A stretch of DNA of 64,000 bases. Source: Octopus vulgaris. Lineage: Eukaryota. Under the pieces are notes generated by a model. That model worked only from the letters and a program-made list of their open reading frames with translations. It ran no database searches and was not told the origin of the DNA. Shown piece by piece: positions 13,060 through 26,660 of the stretch. Position 1 is the stretch's first letter; each line of letters opens with the position of its first letter. A program made the translations under genes and the position numbers. Location of the stretch: positions 163,928,001 through 163,992,000 of the forward strand of contig OX597817.1 of the NCBI GenBank assembly GCA_951406725.2. Reading direction: 5' to 3'.

Positions 13060-13810
13060 GTAGGCACAGCTGCGTGGTTAAGAAGCTTGCTTTGCAATCA
13101 CGTGAGTTCGGGTTCAGTCCCACTGCGCAGCACCTTGGCCGTGTATCTTCCTCTATAACTGCAAGCTAACCAATGCCTTGTGAGTTAATTTGATAGACGG
13201 AAACTATGTGAAAGAAACTATAAGGCGGCGAACTGGCAGAATCGTTAGCACGTCGGGCGAAATGCCTAGCGGTTTTTCGTCTGCCGGTAAGTTCGGAGTT
13301 CAAATTCCGCTGAGGTCGACTTTGCCTTTCATCCTTTCGGGGTCGATAAATTAAGTACCAGTTACGCACTGGGGTCGATGTAATCGACTTAATCCATTTG
13401 TCTGTCTTTGTTTGTCCCCTCTGTGTTTAGCCCCTTGTGGGTAGTAAAGAAATGGGTATTTTATCTGTAGTTACGTTCTGAGTTCAAATTCCGCCGAGGT
13501 CGACTTTTCCTTTCATCCTTTCGGGACCTATAAATTAAGTACGAGTTACGCATTGGGGTCGGTGTAATCGACTTAATCCCTTTGTCTGTCCTTGTTTGTC
13601 CCCTCTATGTTTAGCCTCTTGTGGGCAATAAAGAAATAGGAAACTATGTGGAAGGCCGTTGTGTATGGGTGTGTCCTAGTGTCTGTGATTTTCACACTCA
13701 AAAATTATAAAATTATTAAAAAAAAACGTAAGCACTGGAGTCGATTTGTTCGACTAGAACCCATCAAGGCAATGCTCCAGCATGACATCAGTCAAATGAC
13801 TGAAAAAAAA
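13060..13810 (+). mobile_element. SINE family B interrupted by a dimeric SINE family A (13223-13638)
   Basis: B head at 13060-13210 resumes at about 13640; gaaactat flanks both sides of the A dimer. Confidence 0.8.
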
Positions 13811-13854
13811 GATATCACTTTGGTATCTTTCCAGAAATAATTTTTTTTTTTTAA

Positions 13855-14380
13855 TATTGGTTTCAACTTTTGGCACAAGGACTGCAATTTCGGAGAAAGG
13901 GAGTGAGTTGATTACATCGATCCTATTGCTGAACTGGTACTTATTTTATCGACCTTGAAAGGACGAAAGGCAACGTCGACCTCGACACAATTTGAACTCA
14001 CAACGTAAAGATGGACGAAATGCCGCCAAGCATTTTTCCCGGCGTGCTAACGATTCTGCCAGCTCGCTGCCTGAAATCTCTCATAAATATTGATATCTGA
14101 CGAAATAAGTACCTGTTGTTCACTGGGTTCGATATAATCGATTTACTCCCGCCTTGTGCCAAAATTCGAAATCAATATTGGTTTCTGACAAAAATACAAA
14201 GCCCAAAATTTAGTCGGATGAGCATAACCTATTACACGACCCCAGTACTTGACTTACACCTCCCCATGCCATACGGGAAATGGTTAAAGTCGACCCCGGC
14301 GTCATTTGAACCTCGAGAAACAGAGACGTAGCTAAATATCGCACGGCATTTTTATCCCGCTTTCTACTGAATCTACGATA
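13855..14380 (-). mobile_element. Cluster of older SINE family A copies and fragments
   Basis: Full minus copy at 13855-14072 plus diverged fragments to about 14380. Confidence 0.65.
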
Positions 14381-16167
14381 TGTCGTCCTTTGTCTTTCAT
14401 TAATATTCTAAAGAAATCCTGATTTATTCTTCATTTGTCACTTACAGGAAGAAACATTTGAATGATGAATTCTTTATGAATTATTCCCGATACCAATGCT
14501 GACAGACGCTTCAGTCATGATTGGCAGCTAAGTTATTATGCATGTATGCCTCCAGAAGTTGACATACATACATACATACTTACGGATTCATACATATATT
14601 TACACATACATACATACATGCATACATACATACATACATACATACATACATACATACATACATACATACATACATACATACATACATAATACATGTGTGT
14701 GGGTGTATTTCAGAATGCATTAACCCATTAATGATTCTTTCGTTACTACTCGGAATGTCACCTTATTTGTCCTTGTTCAGGCAATAATGTAATGAAATGG
14801 AGTAATGAACTGGGAAATGTCGAAACCCCTAGTATGCCGATACTCATTCGTCCAGAACGGTGGTTAGGTTGTAGTTCCTGTTGCAAACATGCAAATCAGG
14901 TTGCTACTGTTAGTGGTGACTTACTGTACTGTAGAGAAAATATACTCAAATTTAACAAGCGAGTGTCTGGGAAGAGGATTTTCTGCAATGATTATGATGT
15001 GTCGTCTCTGATACCTATACAGATTGACAACTGTCGGACGGTGGCAAACGTTCAAAAGGATTTGCTTGTAAAGACATCAGATGGACAGTACCTCGGACGC
15101 TCTGTTTAAAAATATCACTGACTATTTTGGAATGTCTCAGATGTTATACACAATAACCTTGCCCATGATGTTCCTAATCCTTGGGACGCGTTAAGATCTA
15201 CAGTTGTTTATTTTCGAAATAAAGTAGAAGAAAGAATTGGAGCTCTCTTCGCCTCACGATTTGAATAACTGTAAATACTGATTGTTTCGAATTGTGGATG
15301 TGTTTGCGATGAGCATTGTACAATTATTCTCAATACCATCAGGAGGTATCAAAGCTGTTCTCTATAACGCTGCTTTACTCTTTTACTTGTTTCAGTCATT
15401 TGACTGTGGTCATGCTGGAGCACCGTCTTTAGTCGAGCACATCGACCCCAGAACTACGTGGGGAGAATGAAAAGTTTCTGAAGTTGTAAGATTGGTTGGA
15501 TATCTTTAGTTATAGAATTAGAACTGAGAAGCCTTTTTATCCTGAAAGACTAGCTGACCTTTACGTTATTCATATTAAAAAGTTAATTGCATTTATGCCG
15601 ATTATTGTATCTGTGGTGATTTATTGGGGTAAAAGGTCTCTGACAGCAAAGGTTATTTATCAAAAGTTATTTGGCACATCCCCAAACTACTTTCTTTTTA
15701 TTCGCCTACTCAGTGATCACCACTTTGGTAGATGCTTAATGGTTTATGAGAAAGTGGTTGACACAGCTTCTGTAAAGTATATAAATAATGTTTAGACAAA
15801 CAATGGGCTCATAATTTTGCCAAGTCAATGTTTTCATTCTTAGTTATAAGATTTGTCTGCGCTTTGACATCGCAATTTTTTTTTGCCAATATTTTGCGAT
15901 ATACTTAAGTTCCTGTCTTCAGAATTCAAGCCAACCATAAACGAATTGACGAAAGTCCTTTGTTTGAGATAAAACAGTTCGTGGAATATGTGAATATGTG
16001 AGTACAAGTTAATGTGTACATATTTGTGGGTGTATGTGGGAATGTACTTGCGTTCGTTTCATGAGTACATACTATATTTTGTTAGAATTGTTGTTGTGTG
16101 ATTACATTTTATGTATGTGTGTGCATACTGCATGCACATATGTGATTGTGGGTACATGTTCAAATCT

Positions 16168-16790
16168 TAGGAGAATTGAGTGGCTGTGTGGTAAGTAGCT
16201 TGCTTACCAACTACATAGTTCTGGGATCAGTCCAACTGCGTTGCACCTTGGGCAAGTGTCTTCTACTATAGCCTCGGGACGACCAAAGCCTTGTTAGTGA
16301 ATTTTGTAGATGAAAGAAGCTTGTCGTATATGTGTGTGTGTGTGTGTGTCTGTGTATGTGGTGTGTGTGTGTATGTGCGTGTGTGTGTGTGTGTGTCTGT
16401 GTGTGTGTGGTGTGTGTGTATGTGCGTGTGTGTGTGTGTGCGTGCGTTTGTGCTTGTCCCTCCAACATCGCTTGATAACAGATGCTGGTGTGTTTATATC
16501 CCCGTAACTTAGCGGTTCAGCAAAAAGAACCGATAGAATAAGTACTAGGCTTGCAAAGAATAAGTCCTGGGGTCGATTTGCTCGACTAAAGGCGGTGCTC
16601 CAGCATGCCCACAGTCACATGACTGAAACAAGTAAAAGAGAGAGCAAAAGAGAGAGTATATATATATATATATAGATAGAATAAGTACTAGGCTTGCAAA
16701 GAATAAGTCCTGGGGTCGATTTGCTCGACTAAAAAGGTGGTGCTCCAGCATGGCCGCAGTCAAATGACTGAAACAAGTAAAAGAATACAA
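16168..16790 (+). mobile_element. SINE family B (CORE-like, internal (TG)n) with duplicated 3' end
   Basis: Head gagtggctgtgtggtaagtagcttgc, CORE-like accttgggcaagtgtctt, tail gactgaaacaagtaaaag occurring twice. Confidence 0.85.
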
Positions 16791-17279
16791 GACTAAAGAA
16801 TCTTTTGAACGTTTTGCAAATTTTCGCTGCACCACCAATCAATTGAATTTGACAGATGAGATTTTTTTCTGTTTTAGTCTTTCTTGGAAAAATCCAGCAT
16901 TTAGAGGCTTTTATGCAAATCTGTTATGACAAATCCCAATGCACCTCTGATAAAAGATGCAAACGGGGATATAGAGTCAAGATACTCGAGTTGTAAGTTC
17001 ACGTTAGTTCACCACAGATGTTCTTTTTTTCAAAACTTTAGACGAGACGTTCATATTCACTGAGCTGATAGCCTCCACAATCAGATAACTTTTGTTCCCT
17101 CTTCCATACAATATCAAATGTGTTGCTTGTACCAGAATGCTGTTCTACGCGAACATTCCATCAGTATTCTTTGTTAAAGGTGTGGATACACTCCGATTCG
17201 GGGGAGTGGGGTTGTATGAAAATATGAAGGAAAATCCTTTCTAAAGATAGTAGTGGAACTAGTGGGATACTATAGTCGT

Positions 17280-17580
17280 TACTCTTTTACTTGTTTCAGT
17301 CATTTGACTGCGGCCATGCTGGGGCACTGCTTTTAGTCGAGCAAATCGACCCCAGGACTTATTCTTAGTAAGTCTAGTACTTATTCTATAGGTCTATTTT
17401 GCCGAACCGCTAAGTTACGGGGACGTAAACACGCCACCATCGGTTGTCAAGCGATGTTGGGGACAAACACAGACACACAGACACACACATACACATACAT
17501 GTACATATATACGACGGGCTTCTTTCAACAATGTTTGTGGGGACAAACACAGACACACAAACATATACACACACACATGC

Positions 17581-17645
<65 letters not shown>

Positions 17646-17824
17646 TTTATATATATATACGAGGGGCTTCTTTTAGTTTTCGTCTACCAAATTCACTCAC
17701 AAGGCCTTGATCGGCCCGAGGCTATAGTAGAAGACACTTACCCAAGGTGTCATGCGGTGGGACTAAACCCGGAACCATGTGGTTGGTAAGCAAGCTACTT
17801 ACCACACAGCCACTCCTGCGCCTA
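17280..17824 (-). mobile_element. SINE family B, full length with internal duplication
   Basis: Reverse complement of the family B pattern; head ends at cagccactcctgcgcc. Confidence 0.85.
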
Positions 17825-18058
17825 TGTCATGTTTCAATGAAAGGTAGTACCATGTAGACATTTTTGGAGCAACTGATGATAATCAGTTGATATTTTATGC
17901 CACAGTCGTCATTTTCCATCATAACGCGCACGTGTATGTGTGCGTACGTGTTTGCCTCTGTGTGTTTGTGTGTGTCTATGTGTTTTTCACATGTTCTTTT
18001 TGGTTCTAAGAGTTGCCCGTAAAACTACGCCGATATGAGTGGCATGACACACTATGTA

Positions 18059-18625
18059 TTGGGTTGTCCGGAAAATTCGTGCCGATTTTTAAAGGCAAGA
18101 AAAAGGTCAATAAATACTTGCCATTACATTTTTAATCAACCAAATAGAAATATTTTGTTGCACAATGCGTCTCCATCTTTCCTTTAACTTGAAAATACCC
18201 TCTTCCCAGAATTGGGGTGGTTTCATGGCAAAGAATTTATCAAGGTATCTTTTTACATCATCCAAGGAATTGAAATTTTTACCATTAAGACTATTCTGCA
18301 GAGACCTGAATAAGTGAAAATCCAAAGGAGCAATATCTGGTGAATATGGTGGGTGGGGTACCAAATCCCAGCCGAGCTGCAGCAATTTTTGTCTGGTTCC
18401 CAAAGCATCAAGTGCCGAAAATGAACTTTCTTATCTTCCATTTTAAAGGGTTACAGAATTAACACAGGTTATAGGAACATAAACCTTCTTCCATGAAAAG
18501 ATAGCTCAAACTGTGCTCTGAATGGAGGTGTGTAGTCAAATCCTATGTTATGGACTCAACCATGTTCTAAAGTAAGTCGAAAGGTAAGCTACTATAAATC
18601 GGCACGAACTTTCCGGTGAACCCAA
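18059..18625 (-). mobile_element. Internally deleted mariner transposon
   Basis: TIRs ttgggttgtccggaaaattcgtgccgattt / aaatcggcacgaactttccggtgaacccaa with TA on both sides. Transposase N-terminus MEDKKVHFRHLMLWE abuts the C-terminus containing HPPYSPDIAPLDFHLFRSLQNSL (mariner YSPDLAP motif). Confidence 0.92.
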
Positions 18626-18787
18626 TATGTATGTATGAACGTACGTACGTAAGTATGTATGTGTGCATGTATCTACGTATATATATGTATGTACGTTTAT
18701 TGAAGCACGAAGATGAACATTAGCTGAAAATCTATGAATTTATGTTTCATTGTATCTACATGTTCCAATAATTTTTTATTTCTTTAC

Positions 18788-18789
<2 letters not shown>

Positions 18790-18821
<32 letters not shown>

Positions 18822-18892
18822 GTCATTATTAATATTATTGTTATTATTATCATTATTGTCATTATTAATATTATTATTGTTGTTATTTATTA

Positions 18893-18944
<52 letters not shown>

Positions 18945-19095
18945 GTTATTATTGTCATTATTAATATTATTGTTGTTATTATCATTATTGTCATTATTAA
19001 TATTATTATTGTTGTTATTTATTAGTGCTATTATTATTAATATTATTATTATTATTATTATTATTATTATCATTATTATTATTATTATTATTATC
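18790..19095. repeat. Degenerate (ATT)n array with higher-order duplication
   Basis: Seen directly; the block tgtcattattaatattattg recurs. Confidence 0.9.
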
Positions 19096-19737
19096 GTGTG
19101 TTGTTATTATTCAAAGAAAAAGAACGCATGTGTATCTGTTGGCAATCTAGCATAATCATTCATATCTGAAATATGGAGATAAAAATACATAAAGCCCAAG
19201 TGTCAATGAAATTCTGCTGCGGGGATAAAATTTGGGTAATATTTCACCAGAGAAATGTCAACAGCTAGATATCTTGTCAATGTTTCCTCTTCGTTTCCGT
19301 AATCTATAAGAAATTTATCATTTCGCCTGCAGATGGAAATTCTAACTGAAGCAACGTTTGAATCACACACTGTCTATGATACGATAAAGTTTTCTCTCCA
19401 AATAGAAACTTTGGTAATTCCAGTAAATATGAAGGATATTTGAGTATTTCCATTTGTAATCAATAAAGTAGTTTTCGATTTCCCAAGTCTATCAGAAGGA
19501 AAATGGAATGCCATAATGGACAGTGCTTGAACATGTAACATGTCTAATGTTTCTGAAGAACAGCTTATTCCTACTAAAGTTTCGATTTTGACTTGCTATA
19601 AATGTGTTAGCGAATAATTCTTTTTCGTTGTGATAATTATGGTTGACAAGTATATTCTACTATAGCCACGGGCCGATCGATGCCTCGTGAATGGATTTGA
19701 TAGACGTAAACTATGTGGAAGCATATCTTTAAACTCT

Positions 19738-19987
19738 GGCTCTGATGAGACTTATATGTAAGGGAATTGTTTATATATCAAACTGCGAGAAAGTAAAACA
19801 CTTATAAATAGATTTACAATCTACCGACTAAAATTTCGACCACTTCATTCAGAATTTAAACAACATTATTTATTACAAGTCTTGAAAACTTACAGTTTAA
19901 CTTAACTTAAAACTCTTTACAAAAAAAGGACTTGAACATTTTCCTTAAAGATCAAAACTTTATATAAGTCGAAATAAATTGTTGGCC
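19738..19987 (+). ncRNA. Type I hammerhead ribozyme with ~200-nt loop II insertion (family 3)
   Basis: GGCT-CTGATGA-GACTTATATG...(202 nt)...TATATAAGTC-GAAAT-AAATT-GTT-GGCC; 10-bp stem II directly abuts both core halves; stem I GGCT/GGCC. Confidence 0.7.
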
Positions 19988-20139
19988 TTTTGATGTTTTA
20001 ATAATTGTCTATGGTATCTTATATTATGTTATATTATATTCATAGTATATTATGTTATATTATAATATAAATAAATTATTGGATTGTCAATTGTATCTCT
20101 CTATTTAATTTATCTTTATATATACATACATATATATAT

Positions 20140-20662
20140 ACTAGCAGTATCGCCCGGCGTTGCTCGGGTTTGTAAGGGAAATAACTATATAAGCATTTTT
20201 AGTGAGTTATAGCAAAAAAATAGCAAAAAAATGCATTAAAAATGGAATAAAAAATGATGGTAATTTTGGTGTCTTCAAGCCGTGAAGTCGTTGTTCTAAA
20301 AGAACGCTGGTCTCCTTGACAACGCTTTACGACGTTGATTTCCTTACACCCCCTTCCCTACAGCTTCACGAGGGAGGGAAGAAGGGGGAGAAGCAACATA
20401 GGTGCAGGTGTGAGCATGGACGCCAACTCCGCCGCCATCGACACACGAAAAAATTGGAAGAAATGGAAAAAAATGATGTTAAATTATTTTTTAAATCGTA
20501 GACTCATCGTAGACGCGCGCTAATACCCAGACGGGCTCGATATGAATCACGACTATAAGATACCCGAATTTGGTTAAACTGCACCGCAAAATGTGGGAGT
20601 AGTTAGGAATCTAAATCGTAGGAGACAGACACTCACACAACTACAGTTTTATATATATAGAT
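20140..20662 (+). mobile_element. Non-autonomous Helentron/HINE-like element
   Basis: Starts actagcagtatcgcccggcgttgctcggg (hairpin) and ends tttatatatatagat; same start at 43451 and 53592. Confidence 0.7.
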
Positions 20663-21076
20663 ATTAAGAACAATCTTACTTAGAGATGGATGCATGCGTT
20701 CCGTCATATAATAAGTTAATAAATAAATAAAACATATGCATATATACATACATATATGTACGTACCTACCGCTACATGTATATATACATGCATATATGGG
20801 TACAGGACACCAAAAAAACTTCGAACACAATGAGAAACGAAAACATAAAAACAAAACCAAGGAAATGGACATTTTTCTTAAACAACGAAAAAATGGAGTA
20901 CAGGACATACAACACAAGGAACATTCCCCTTCAGCCGCCTCTGTTTCATCTACTCCGCATTTCCTTGTGTTGTATGTGTTGTACTCTATTTTTTCCAGTG
21001 ACTGAAACAAATAAAAGATAAACGATACATATGCGTGTGTGCGTGTGTGTATGTGTATATATGTTTCACCGTATAT

Positions 21077-21306
21077 ATTTCTTTACTGCCCACAAGGGGC
21101 TAAACATAGCGGGGACAAACAAGGACAGGCAAACGGATTAAGTCGATTACATTGACCCCAGTGCGTAACTGGTACTTTATTTATCGACCCCGAAAGGATG
21201 AAAGGCAAAGTCGACCTCGGCGGAATTTGAACTCAGAACGTAACGACAGATGAAATACCGCTAAGCATTTCTCCCGGTGTGCTAACGTTTCTGCCAGCTC
21301 GCCGCC
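21077..21306 (-). mobile_element. Young SINE family A with 13-bp TSD
   Basis: TSD tttcaccgtatat at 21064-21076 and 21307-21319. Confidence 0.92.
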
Positions 21307-21457
21307 TTTCACCGTATATCGAACGATGTTTCCCGAATTAAAACACTCCCCAATTAGAAATGCCAGAAACCAGTAAGTGGTCCGTTATAAAAGCTGTGTG
21401 TGTATCGTCGCTGTTGTTCATAAATTCGAATAGAAGATAGACAAATAAATAAATAAG

Positions 21458-21488
<31 letters not shown>

Positions 21489-22139
21489 ACAAATTATATG
21501 TACATGTTACGTTTATAAACTTAGAGAACTCCTAAAGCTTTTAGCGCCTCCCAGTCTGCTATTGCTCTTAGTATTTTGTTTTAATGTCTATCTCTATGCA
21601 CATGCAGGCACATATACAAATACACATACAGGCACTCGCACACACACATACTCACACATCTGGCCACTGACATGCTATTAACAGTTCGACATGCTATTCG
21701 ACAGTTTGATGCCTCTCCTTCCTCTTACTCTTTCCTTGAACCTCTTTCCTTCCTCTCTCTCTCGCTCTCTTTCTCTCTCTTTCTCTCTCACTCATCTATA
21801 CATTCTTTTATACCTGCAGTCGTTGAACTACCTTCTCTTACCTTTTACTTTTTTCAGTCAATTGGATTGCGGCCATGCTGGGACACCGCCTTAAAGGGAT
21901 TTTAGTCGAAGAGATTGGGGATCCAGTGTTTGTTATTCGCAAAATGAGCCCCCTTTAATTTTGTTCAGATTACTTTCAATTTCAGTGCATCGATGCAACT
22001 CTGAATTTTTATTACTATCAACAAATTACTTTATCTCGTAAATTAAAGAATCTGTTCCTTATTCAAAATTAAAGTTGGGAAATTTGGGCAATTTTAGCCA
22101 ATCCACAGACAGCGTGGCATTAGAAGCTTTTTATCATGA

Positions 22140-22554
22140 AGACGGCGAGCTGGCAGAATCGTTAGCACATCGGGCGAAATGCGTAGCCTTATTTCGTCTG
22201 CCGCTACGATCTGAGTTCAAATTCCGCCGAGGTCGACTTTGTCTTTTATTCTTTCGGGGTCGATTAAATAAGTACCAGTTCCGCACTGGGATCGATATAA
22301 TCGACTTAATCCGTTTGTCAGTCCTTGTTCGTCCTCTCTGTGTTTAGACCCTTGTGGGTACTAAAGAAATAGGTATTTCGTCTGCCGCTAAGTTCTGAGT
22401 TCAAATTCCGCCGAGGTCGACTTTGCCTTTCATCCTTTCGGGATCGATTATATAAGTACCAGTTACGCACTGGGTCGATGTAATCGACTTAATCCGTTTG
22501 TCTGTCTTTGTTTGTCCCCTCTGTGTGTAGCCCCTTACGGACAATAAAGAAATA
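22140..22554 (+). mobile_element. Dimeric SINE family A with ~17-bp TSD
   Basis: Flanks agaagctttttatcatg / agaagcttgttatcatg; internal junction aaagaaataggtatttc. Confidence 0.9.
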
Positions 22555-22796
22555 AGAAGCTTGTTATCATGGCAACCTCACGCTGTGTTGTGGTTCATTT
22601 CATTGTTGTCTGCGACTTCGTGGTTCACTTCACTGCTGCCTGTGACGCTCGTTGTTCTGTGTTGATTTTACACACTTGATTCTTCACCCGCGTGCTTTGC
22701 TTAACTTTTTCTGTGTTGGTATATTACATATTGTTCATTTCATATATGTTATTCTTATCGTAGTTTGCAAATCCAAGCATAAAAACGTTTCTCAAA

Positions 22797-23250
22797 TTTG
22801 GAGTTTTGGAGACAGACACCCCTTTCACACACATACACACACACACATATATATATATACACACACACATGAATGCATAAATGTACATATAAACTTATAT
22901 ATGAATACATACATCCACATGCGCTTATATATTAATGATGTACATACATACATGACAGGTATATATAATACTGAAATATGCATAAAGTAAACACAGGCAG
23001 AGAAATATATTAATATAACAAATTTTTAAAACTGTTTGGAGTTTTGGAGACAGACGTCCCCGTCTCACACACACACACACACACACACACATGAATGCAT
23101 AAATGTACATCTAAACTTATATATGAATAGATACATCCACATGCACTTATTAATGACGTACACAAATATATGACAGGTATACACAACACTGAAATACGCA
23201 TAAAGTAAACATAGACAGAGAGATGTATTAATATAACAAATTTTTTAAAA
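22797..23250. repeat. ~238-bp tandem duplication
   Basis: tttggagttttggagacagac at 22797 and 23035, with parallel downstream sequence. Confidence 0.85.
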
Positions 23251-23733
23251 TAATAAAAACATACTATCAATGAAGAGACAAAACAAACAGTAAGATGATA
23301 CATGTTGATTTTATTAGGTATTTCTGTTTATTTAGAAACCTACAATGAACAGGTCATGTCACAGACGCTAAACTATAAATTTCACAGGGTACAACCTTAA
23401 AGTTGACATCGCTCCGCTAAACGCAGAAAATTTCTGTCTCGCTATTGGCTAAAAATACACAGCTTTTCCGATTTTTAAACGTCTGTAACTTTTCCCTCCA
23501 ATTTTTATCTCCCCCAACATCATACCTTCATAGCAATGAGACTGGAAACCTACATTATTATAGCCGATTTTCGGAATTTTACTTCCTTTAAAAACAAATA
23601 CATATTTTGAGAATGAAAAAAAACTAGATTCGAGATTGACCCCAGAACTTATTTTTAAATCTGATATATATTCATATCGATTGTTAAACGGCGAGGTGGG
23701 GACAAACACTAGCACAATAGCAACACACACACA

Positions 23734-23780
<47 letters not shown>

Positions 23781-23897
23781 CTTTTGCTCTCTTTTATTTA
23801 TTTCAGTCATTAGACTGTGGCTATGTTGGGGCACCGATATATACATACATACATTACATAGATACATACATATATATATATATATATATACATATAT

Positions 23898-24206
23898 AAT
23901 ATTAATTCGAGACAAAAACCACTATTTTGCAAATCAAACAAGGAAAAACTTAATCAATACATAAAAAATAGAAGATCGGAAATCCACCTGACGAATGTCA
24001 TTTGAAGACATGAAACAATTGTAGTGGCGATTTATTTACTTTATATTAAAATTTTTTATGTATTGATTAAGTTTTTCCTTGTTTGATTTGCAAAATAGTG
24101 GTTTTGTCTCGAATTAATATTATATAATTTTTACTATAAAATTGGATTTAATCCTAAATCTGATTTTTTCCCTGTAATTTTGGATTTATTCCCTAATATT
24201 TATTAT

Positions 24207-24208
<2 letters not shown>
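23898..24208. mobile_element. Hammerhead-bearing element, family 1, second copy, inverted pair in (TA)n
   Basis: 23898-23968 inverted against about 24051-24122; same sequence as 4741-5112 but a different inversion breakpoint. Confidence 0.8.
23984..24027 (+). ncRNA. Type I minimal hammerhead ribozyme
   Basis: CCAC-CTGACGA-ATGTC atttgaa GACAT-GAAAC-AATT-GTA-GTGG; canonical core with a fully paired 5-bp stem II. Confidence 0.9.
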
Positions 24209-24264
<56 letters not shown>

Positions 24265-24266
24265 TG

Positions 24267-25326
24267 CAAAGCTGGGCATAAGTCAGTTAATCCGTTAATG
24301 GTTAATTAACGAAGTTAACATTTTCTTGAAAAGTAACAAAATTTTTGGCGGTTGCCATCTGGGATAATTCTAGTAACAACTCAAACAGGTAAGATGCATT
24401 AAGAATTTCAGTTTTAGTGTTTATCCATAAAGTTATTGCTTTTACACTTGTTAATTAAATTTACTTGACCATACAAGGCAAATTTACTCTGCAAAATCAT
24501 CTAAAGTTGCATAACAATAAACTAGTGGTATATAAAGCACCTACTGACAAAATTTCAAATATATATGTAAAAAAAAGTTTCAAGCAAATATTGTGGACAC
24601 CCCTCTTGAACCTGAATAATTCAAAATAACGTGAACAAATAAGCATTACATTTGACAGATTAATATGAACATTAAAGATGTTTTTAGGTGGGGGGGGGGT
24701 TCTTACACACAGACATAACACGGCCTCACTCGGTTGGGACTACAGGTGTGTTCCTTAGACATCACCATTCCATAAAATTTGTTTATGAGGAGAAAAATAT
24801 TGAAAAAAATCCCCGTCAAAGTGGAGAAATTCCAACATATGTGGGCTGTCTGATCCGAAACTCCGCTTTCCAGAAACACCCCGCCGCCCCCTTCCAAATG
24901 TTTTGCCTACAAAATTCCTTGTAATCGTAATCTACACCGTTCGAAAGGTATTTGTATAAAATTTCTTTAAAAAATACCTATTTTTCAGAAAGTTATGACG
25001 GGGTGAAATGTCGGGTCCTGTGAATTTTCCGAAACTCCTCTCCCCAACTCCTCGGAATTTTTTTCCAACAAAGCATTACATACACTCAGTATAAAGGATA
25101 TAAGCGACTATTTGGTGAAAGTTTCGTTAAAAAGTATCCATTTTCTGGAAGTTATAAAGCAACAAAGTTGATGGGGTATTAAACTGTAGTTATGCCTTTT
25201 TCAATAAAAGTTAACGTTAACGGATAAAACTTAACTTCCGTTACCTTTTCAAAGAATTAACGGATTAACAATTAACGAAGTTAACCTTTTGGTTAACGGA
25301 TTAATAATTAACGCTGCCCACCTGTG
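24267..25326. mobile_element. Non-autonomous hAT-like DNA transposon
   Basis: Short TIRs caaagctgggca / tgcccacctgtg with subterminal cgttaa/taacg repeat clusters at both ends; TSD unclear. Confidence 0.6.
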
Positions 25327-25934
25327 TGTGTTTGTGTATTGAAATATAAATTTCAATACAGTTCCCGGTTTCTAAATTCACTAAAGAGGCATTGGTGTGT
25401 CTAGAATTGTAGTAGAAAATAGTTGCCCAAGGGGCCACGCAGTAGGACTAAACTCGAAACGACACGATTGTAAACCGAGCTTGTTAATCCCCTGAGCCCG
25501 TGTTCTCCCTTCATCAGACTGTTTACATGAGAATCAACCACATACTAACGTTCTGTATCAAGAACCAAAATTGTGCAACTTTTATAACATTATCTGTTTG
25601 ACAACAACAACAACAATATATTTTCTCAAAACTAATTATGAATAATTTCTCTTGGAGCCACTAAGTTTTAGACAAGTTGAGTTAAACGTCTTGGCCTGGA
25701 AGAGATGTTCCGTGTGATAACACTGCCATCGTGATTAATGAAGTTAATGATGCTGGTTTATTAATTAGTCACAATTAGTTAAATTATTGAGAGAAGTATC
25801 TTCTGTACTTTTCTCAAGTATTCTACTAATACCATTGCTGCTGATACTACTACTATAACAACATGCATTACTATTATTATTATTGTTGTTGTTGTTGTTG
25901 TTGTTGTTGCTGTTGTTGTTGTTGTTGTTGTTGT

Positions 25935-26420
25935 TGAGTGAGAGAGTAGCGCCTGCCATCAAAGTGACACTGAGGTACAAATATACGAAGCCCAATATAC
26001 CCGTCATGACAACCTTTCTGATAAGGGTACACCAGGCATATGTATCACAAAGATATGTGCGCCACATAGTGATCTCATATCAAGATAAACACCGCATGAC
26101 CTTATAGGTGGGGCCCTGTTAGAAATTTCTTCTGGTCGAGTATCCCATCCAACTCAAAAGGTCACTGAATAAGATTTTTTTAAGGATGAATGGAACACCC
26201 CATGATTCCAGAGGTGGATTATTTAAACTCCAAAGACACATGGCTATGATATTCCCCCACTGCTTCTGCCTGTGATCAGAGATGTACACATCATCAGCCA
26301 CTAAGGGACATCTGATTAAGTTCAATCAACTGACAGGCAAATTTGTGGCATTGAGCAAAATATTTGCTGTAGCCCATCTTTTACAGTAAGACAAACATGT
26401 ACATGATAGCACTTTCAATC
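25935..26420 (-). mobile_element. Unclassified retroelement 3' region with (AAC/AAT)n tail
   Basis: 25935-25993 recurs inverted at 26910-26970, where it is followed by (AAT)n. Confidence 0.55.
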
Positions 26421-26444
26421 AGTTAAGATCAAAAGGCATGATAC

Positions 26445-26660
26445 CCAGTGCCTGGTAGTCACTGCCTGGTATTGCACCAAGGCATCCGTGAGAGCCAATG
26501 CCTGGTACTGCATCAGAGCATATATGAGAGCCACAGCTGCGTACCGCATTAAGGCATCTATGAGAGCCACTACCTGGTACTGCATCAGGGTATCTATGAG
26601 AGCCAATGTCTAGTACTGCATCAGAGAATCCATGAGAACCTCTGCCTGGTCTGCATCAGA
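26445..26660. repeat. ~36-bp minisatellite, about 6 units
   Basis: Unit approximately gagagccactgcctggtactgcatcagggcatctat. Confidence 0.85.

Noticed and set aside
25495-25525. Minus-strand CTGATGA-AGGG
   Set aside because: No CCC-GAAA completion.
26445-26660. 36-bp periodic repeat as a possible CRISPR array
   Set aside because: Units are contiguous with no unique spacers, the context is eukaryotic and there are no cas genes.
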